A DNA stretch of 39,924 nucleotides, taken from the NCBI GenBank assembly GCA_051942205.1, contig JAVECO010000200.1, forward strand, positions 1-39,924. Direction: 5' to 3'. Made by a program: the position numbers and the translations under genes. Origin of the DNA: Coniocarpon cinnabarinum (Eukaryota). Below, in pieces: positions 33,294-39,924 of this stretch; position 1 is the first letter of the stretch; each line of letters begins with the position of its first letter. The notes under the pieces were generated by a model. The model worked only from the letters and a program-made list of their open reading frames with translations. It searched no databases and had not been told where the DNA came from.

Positions 33294-33510
33294 TACATCA
33301 TCTAGGAAGGAGATATGCATGGCTGCTAGGTGTCGTTCGATACTTCTGCAAGAATTGCGAATTTTAGTAATCAGCTATCAATGTGCACTCGCTTGACGCT
33401 CGGGAATCTACTTCTAAAATGCTAGACTGAAAGATTGGCACTGTACTAGCTTTGAAGGGCTTGAATCTGGCAACGCTTTCCTCGTGCTCTGCGGCGAACG
33501 TGCCTGACTC

Positions 33511-34268
33511 TTATTCTATGGATGATGAATTTGCGTGTTGCTCAACCACTTCTATCCTCCATCCGTAGACGCACACACTGCAAAACCAGTGGTTGAAGGC
33601 CACCAACGCAATCACGATCGTAAATACGATGGCAACCTATTAGTAGATTGCGTCAGCATGGCATAGAAGAGAGGGACAAAGGACGCACGTAGAGATCACC
33701 ATTCGTGTGCGACGCCATGCTCCACAAGAGCACCCAAAGGCCTAACAGGAAGAGCACTATGCCGAACCGAAGAAGCATGACTGGCACTTGCCACACATAG
33801 ACTTGGAAAGCGCCTGGCTCTCTAACTCCTCTCTCATTTTCACGGCCGCCAAGAACGCTGCGTATGTGCTTCAGACCATTTTTGGTGGCTGAAAACCGAT
33901 AGAGCGAGATTGATTGCTGGGTTGCAACAGAAATGGACCCAATTGTGCAGACTAGCCCGGCATACCACAGACTTCGTACGCTCCATGACGCATTCTGAGC
34001 GACGTACCAGGAGAGACTTCCGCCGAAGAGACTGGCTACTAAGGCGGCCTGAGTAGCGTCAGAATCCTTCTCGGGGACGAAGGCTGGGTTTTGCGAGAGG
34101 ACTAACAGTAATGCCGACGAAGTAAAGCTCTTGCAGCTTATAGTCCCGCCACTGCCTTGTGCGCTCATCTTGTATTCCAAGTTCTGTCGCGTTCAGGAGG
34201 TCGGCAATAGCGCCATATGAAGTCCTATAGGCCGTGAAATAGACGAGCAGAGCTCGACGCGACGCCAT
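33511..34268 (-). CDS. Uncharacterised 4-TM integral membrane protein (215 aa)
   Basis: Exons 34268-34107, 34048-33689 and 33636-33511; introns GTTAGT..CTGAC..CAG and GTGCGT..CTGAC..TAG. Four hydrophobic helices: LYFVGITAALVASLFGG, LWYAGLVCTIGSISVA, VWQVPVMLLRFGIVLFLLGLWVLLW and VAIVFTIVIALVAF. Confidence 0.85.
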
Positions 34269-35172
34269 GCAACGCCTCAGACGAAATTCGCGCACTACGA
34301 TCCTCTTGAAGGTCTAGAAGACGAAGCGAGGCTGAGCAGCTCACATGAGCTCGTTGGTCGCAACATCCGAGATTCCAAGCAGATGTCGCAATCTCGCAGC
34401 ACACGCTGCCGGGCCTGACGGCTAATGAAAGCAGCGTGACACTCAGTAGTGCTGCAAGGCTTCGATTTTGTGACCCATGACATGGAGATGGGTCAATCGA
34501 GAAGACGTGCAAATCCGCATGCGAACGTTGGATAGATCCCAAAGCGTACTCTGTTCTCTCAGCTCTCTTGCTAATCCATCGCTCTGCGGAAGCCTGCTTA
34601 GTGGCCTTACTCACCGCACAGTGGCTGAGATGCATTGCATGCATTCGTGCTGCAATGCAACACTGCCACCTAGTCAGGCAGTCATCGTCAGAGCAGGCAC
34701 CAATAGGCGGCTTCGGCGTTAGACAAAGACGGGGCCCGTCGTGAGCCTCACGAGACGCAACTTCCGTATCTACGAGAACTTCCATATCTAGAAGTCGACC
34801 ACCTGTCACGTGTTTTCAGCCTTCGCTTAGAATGATTCACGCAACGGGCCCACCCACACTCTCAGAAGATGTCAGAGGGCATATCGAGTAGTGGCTGGCC
34901 TATCATACGTCTTCAAGCGACTAGTGTTTCTCGTCTCACGCATAGGCCCCTGCATACTGACCGAGCCATGACCCTCTTATTGGTCTGGCTTGGTGGTTCT
35001 GGGCTCCCGAGTTGCGGCTCTTCAACGCTGCGAACCGGGATCCTGGCTCAGATGCAAATAGCCGCTCTGTCCCGCGAGCCCTCGTGGCATCCCGTCGACC
35101 AGCAAGTTAGAGTTTGTGCTTATTTGTGTTGTCCTTGCAGGACTGGTGAAACCTTACACCACGTGGCATGCC

Positions 35173-37404
35173 ATGGGCGCTATCAAACGCAGCGAGAACA
35201 CATTTCGTGTCAGAAATATTCGCAGAGATCGCGCAGACGAGTTTCACACACACATCAATGATGGTCTCTCAGAGAATCCCCTCGCCGCGTCGTCCAGGAA
35301 GTGGTTTCACAGGTTGAATCCAGGTTCCCAGTCTTCACCTGAATGGAGAGCAAGGTCTTGGTGTGCGAGCCATCGTGGGGATGTGCAGATGGCCACTGTG
35401 TCATGTTCGTCCCGCTTTTGCAAGAATGCTCTAATGAAAAAGACTCGTAGTAATGCGGAGAAATTTGGCTAACACGAGCAAACGGTTGACGTGGACGATC
35501 ACTTCGAGGGTCTAACTGTTCTTTACACACCCGAAAAACCCAAGATTGAGTAAGTGGTAGATACCGTAAACCTGATGTCCCGAACAAGCTAACAAATGGC
35601 TACAGCGTTGTCCTCGTGCATGGCGTAAATGGCAACGGCTTCGACACATTTGCCACTGCAAGTCCAGGTAGCACCTACCCTATATCTATGTGGGGAAGGG
35701 ACTTCCTACGATATTCGAAAGGTGATCTCAAAGGTATGACAAAATTAGTGCGTCCTCCTGCTTGCACTGACACATGAAGATGCAAGGACAATGACCTACG
35801 ACTATTACTCAAATCTTTTTAACAGTAAGGGCATACATGCAACCATAGACGACTTGCCGGGACAACTTCTCCGTGGCCTGCAAGCTGTGCGAGAAAAATC
35901 GATGGTTAGTGGAACCATGAATGTTTGAGTGCGCGATTGTTGAGTCTGCTTTTATGATTGCAGCTGTGCTCTTGCACTGCGATATTGATTCATTTATCCC
36001 GAAGTGGAAAAGGCTCTTCTCGACCTATTTCTACTTTTTCGAATATCCAATTTGTGAAAAAACCTTTAGTTGACATTATCTGAAAGCGTTTCGAGCGGCC
36101 GGTCATATTCGTTGGCTATTCATTTGGTGGAATCGTTACTCGTGGGGTAAGGTGGCTATCAAATTCTCCCGTCAATGCGATTGGCCTAACAGATGGTTGA
36201 AGGCTGCAATAGAGCTGCACGACGATGACCGCAATCCGCTGAGGGGCGATCAACGCCCACTAAAATATGAAACTATCGCATTGGAACGATGCGGCTTCGT
36301 ATTTCTGGGAACACCTCATCGTGGCTCGGAAGACGCCAATGTGGGGTCGCTATTACTCTCTTTAGCAGGAACCATGACGGGACTCAACACAGAGCTGGCA
36401 AAGGCTTTGAGTTCAAAAAGTGTCAGCGCTAAAGAGGCGAACAAGCGCTGGGCCACCTTCTATTTCGGCTTCAATCCTTCAAACAGGCCGCCAATAGCGT
36501 GTTTCGCAGAAGCATCCCCAACCAAGCTCAAAGCAATGGCAAGCGTGATGAAAGGAACGAGAAGTACCATGGTACGTGCTAACAACACCGACGAAATTGA
36601 AGATGCTGAGAAGTTGAACGTGGAGATCGTCCCTCAGGAATGTGCAGTGTGGATGGACCAGGTCCAGCCCGCGGTTCTACCGTACACTGACCATCACTCT
36701 ATTTGCCGGTTTTCGACGCAGCAGAACGACGCTTTCGTAGAGATCGAGTATCAAATGAACAAGATGACAGAAGACTTACTTCGCAGAGTTCAAGATACAG
36801 AGCTCTTGCGCAATCTCGACAGTGACGATCCTGGTACGAAAAAGCTTGCTGATAAAGGCAGATCACAAACTCACCCTTCCTGGCGTAGCCTGATCGTGCA
36901 TATGACGATAGCAACCGAATTCTCCAGCATGCGCAAAAGGTTAATAGACGTACAAGTAATGAAGCTCATCGACACCCAGGGCATCGTTCCAAAGTCCGCC
37001 AGGCAAGTTTCAATCCAGATGACGGAGAACGATTCGGAATCATTGCCTGGCGGATTTGTGGCAAAGAGACAAGTCAGCAGCCACCTAGTAAGTCGCTTTC
37101 TCGTTTTTCGTTGCAGGGTTCCACGCATCTCTATGTGACACAAGGTGGTGATGTTTGTCAGGGCTGAATAGATGGCGACGGCTTTGGTTTGCACCTCTGA
37201 TCAAAGAAACGCGTCATTCGAGTTCTGAACACATGTCAGGGCCTTTCAGACATTTTTGATCTCAAACATCGCTATGACAGCCGACGCCAGCTACGATGGG
37301 CTTTGGGAGCCCGTTTAAAAGCTTTGACCGAGGGTACCACCTTCATATGCGACGGGATTTCCAGCACACCCATGAAGTCTCCTTCTGAGATGTGGAACAC
37401 ATAA
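35173..37404 (+). CDS. SesB/DUF676-like alpha/beta-hydrolase, multi-exon; first intron anomalous and 3' end uncertain (may be fused to the downstream patatin)
   Basis: Spliced product reads NTFRVRNI...ATVS...VDDHFEGLTVLYTP..KIDVVLVHGVNG..MWGRDFL..ARTMTYDY..RPVIFVGYSFGGIV (GxSxG)..FVFLGTPHRGS..CFAE..IVP..TDHHSICRF. Introns 35550-35605, 35734-35779, 35905-36086 and 36147-36202; probable introns 36572-36625, 36834-36911 and one starting at 37088. In-frame TAA at 35470. Confidence 0.75.
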
Positions 37405-37516
37405 AAATCCTGTGCAGGCTCTGCTGCGTCGTAGTCCCTCTACGTACTTACTACTGCTGGAGACTGACATTGCGCAGAGATCATCGGTGTCATCTAAAGC
37501 ACCATCTAGCACAGAC

Positions 37517-39192
37517 ATGGAAGACAATAGGTCTCTGCAGTCACTGGACGATGCGATGAGCGGCAAATACGCCTTTGAAAGCCCCGAAACTGATGCTATG
37601 AAGCATACAATCTTGAGTCTGGACGACGGTGGTGTGCGTGGCTACGTTGCCTTACTCGTGCTTAGGAGATTAATGGACGACATTGACTATTGGGAAAGAC
37701 GAAATGAAGACGAAGGCCCAGTCAGCCGTGACGAAATGTATCGTGATGCCTTGATCCGTCCAAATCAATCATCTTCGCCTTTGTCTCAAACAGTCTCGGA
37801 CTCAACTTCTACATCACAAGGCTTGGAGCACATCAAGCAGGTTTCTCAGAGCTTGATTAAACCATGTGAATATTTCGATTTCATTGTAGGATCGGGCACC
37901 GGCGGGTAGGCTAGCACCCTAAAGATCCTGTGGGGAAGTTACGTCCTCTTCTATCGCACGACGATGGCAGCTAACGCGTTTTCTCCCCCACCCGTATCAA
38001 CGCTTACAGTGTCGCAGGTTGATCGCTATCATGCTGGGACGGCTGCGCATGTCTCTCGAGCAATGCGTGCGAGCTTTTCTCCGCCTTACTGTGGGCATCT
38101 TTCGACATCCTCGCCAGTATGCTGACATTCACTTTTACTCGCGACTGCATCAACACACCGAAATCCTCGAGCATCGAATTAAACGACTCATAGAAGAGGA
38201 GTCTGAAAAGTCTGAGAACCTTGAATGGTCCAGAGTACAACTGAGAAGCTCTCCGAAGATGTGCAAGACGTGAGCTTCAGATTATGCAGCTGTCATTCCT
38301 GTATTGACTCCTCTGCAGCGTAGTATTGGCTTACAATGCTATTGAGAACAAGCCCACGGTGTTTCGGTCCTATGATCATCGCACGGAAAACATGGGGAAC
38401 AGCTCCGCTGCTCACATGGGAGGGACGGGTGACGACGTTCCTTCATGCAACATATCTCGCGCTAATTCAGGCAACAAGTTCCATCCCCGCTACCCGGGAC
38501 CAGCCAGTGAGGTTCCATTGTGGAAGATTGCCCGCGCGACTTGCAGTCGTCCAAACTTCTTTTCCCCCACAAAGATTGATGGTGGACGATACGAGGACGG
38601 CGGGTTCTTCTACCGTAATCCTAGCGTGGAAATGATTCACGAAGTTTTGGAGTGGAATGGTGCTGATCGTAACTCACTCGACTGTTTGGTTAGTCTTGAT
38701 TGCGGGGTCCCTGAAAGGATTCCAACTCGTGTGCCGGCGGCCACTTCTGATGAAAATGACACAACGACGGCGGCGGCGAAGAAAGCATCGGCTCGAGCCT
38801 CAGGCAAGTCCAAGAGAAGATCGCCTTTAGGAAAGAAGACTCTACGTGCGAAGCAAGAGCGACGAGAAAAGAATGCAGCCTACGACAGCGACTTGGCCCA
38901 TGACACAGCCTTCAACTACATGTTCTCAATGGGTAAAGCGTACTATCGTCTGGACATTGAGAGCAGGATTTGGGATCTACCGCTCGATGATTTTGTCATG
39001 GATCCGAAGAAAGAGTTTTCCAGAAATGCAAGACTGGAGAAGGAGATCATGGACAGCTTGAATGCGGACTCCATGCGGAGCAAGTTATCGAACTGTGCGA
39101 GACGGCTGGTGGCGCGTCGGCGCGCACGAGCAGCCGCAACAGCATCACCATCACCATCACCGCAGAGTGGGTCTCGTCCGCCTACGCCGTGA
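37517..39192 (+). CDS. Patatin-like phospholipase domain protein with degenerate catalytic motifs (5' end uncertain)
   Basis: ILSLDDGGVRG, KPCEYFDFIVGSGTGG/LIAIMLGRLRMS, CKTVVLA, VFRSY, LWKIARATCSRPNFF, YEDGG..NPS and YYRLD. Introns 37906-38017 and 38270-38318 restore the frame. Confidence 0.85.
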
Positions 39193-39924
39193 CAGGCCGC
39201 CTTGCAGGCCAGACTCTCTCCCATTGCCCTCTTTTGGATTAGATTGAAACAGCCAACGCGAAAACATTCCCTTCTCTTGGACTTCGCCATACACAGCCAA
39301 ACCCCTTTCACATCGGAAACATTGATACATATACAATTGCACTCTCGCTATAGTACCCGTCTCCTTAGGAGAACCTTACATTCATTTATAAGAGCAAAGC
39401 CGTGCACATCAACTCGTTCAGAGTGTTGCTCCAATTGGTAAAGTTTCTATGAAAACTCTGAATCTGGAATGCAACAAGTACGGAGTATTTATAGAGCTAG
39501 TTTGCAAGCATTGCTGACTAAACGGATACTATCGTTGCGAAAATTTGTCTGTCTTTTCACACGAGCCACGAAGCATGCAGGAGGCTGATCGCAGCCTCCC
39601 ACTCCTCATCCACTCCTCCGTCAACGCCTGGCGCGTGTGTATCTACATGCGCGATGAAGAAGTGGGGAGCAACTGGTGGCATTCGTGACAGGTCTTGGGA
39701 ATCTCAGACACTGCTCAATGGTGCTTTGTACTCGGAAAACAGAGACAACCTCAGATGCGCGAATGATGTCGTAGTACGCGGGAAAGCTTGGTGACCGGAC
39801 TCATATGTGTCATCCAATGGTATCAATAAGCAGGCTTGCGTCCATCGCTTCAGGTGACCATCACAGAAGCACATCCACGTGACTTCGTTTTGAGAGATCT
39901 CACTTCCCATGCAGTTTCCACGGC

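Noticed and set aside
35470..35472. A-to-I premature-stop correction as an explanation for the hydrolase stop
   Set aside because: TAA would need two edits, and such editing is established mainly in Sordariomycete sexual stages. The branch-site context favours a splicing explanation.
39557..39924. Minus-strand frame at the window end and an 8-bp hairpin at 39580-39599
   Set aside because: The frame is interrupted by a stop, no intron restores it and no family is recognised. It cannot be judged without the adjacent sequence.
1..39924. tRNA, rRNA, CRISPR arrays, intact transposons and the many antisense ORFs inside long genes
   Set aside because: I saw no tRNA T-loop/cloverleaf, rRNA signature, repeat-spacer array, or transposase/RT motif. 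The antisense ORFs are shadows of codon bias.

Overview
Genomic DNA of a filamentous ascomycete (Pezizomycotina), inferred from short GT-AG introns with CTRAC branch sites and from fungal orthologues. I can support about 17 protein-coding genes; several are multi-exon and had to be spliced by hand from the ORF track. In order: a partial hypothetical gene, glutaminyl-tRNA synthetase, a LigB/DODA dioxygenase, a DthD/GolD-like SDR, a small Cys-rich protein with an N-terminal MGCxxS acylation motif, a half-size ABCG transporter, a ~5 kb gene-poor stretch with decayed relics, a secreted GPI-anchor candidate, EMW1/TTC27, a GT15 mannosyltransferase, Rad26/ATRIP, an intronless enterobacterial-type homocysteine S-methyltransferase, CDS1, a GNAT acetyltransferase and a methyltransferase-like protein. 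The right end holds a 4-TM membrane protein gene divergent from a SesB/DUF676-like alpha/beta hydrolase, followed by a catalytically degenerate patatin. The most interesting items are that NLR-effector-like module without a NOD domain (33.5-39.2 kb), the probable horizontally acquired mmuM, and the putatively acylated Cys-rich orphan. I recognised no tRNA, rRNA, CRISPR array or intact transposon. Family assignments rest on recognised motifs and recalled sequences; no database search was run.
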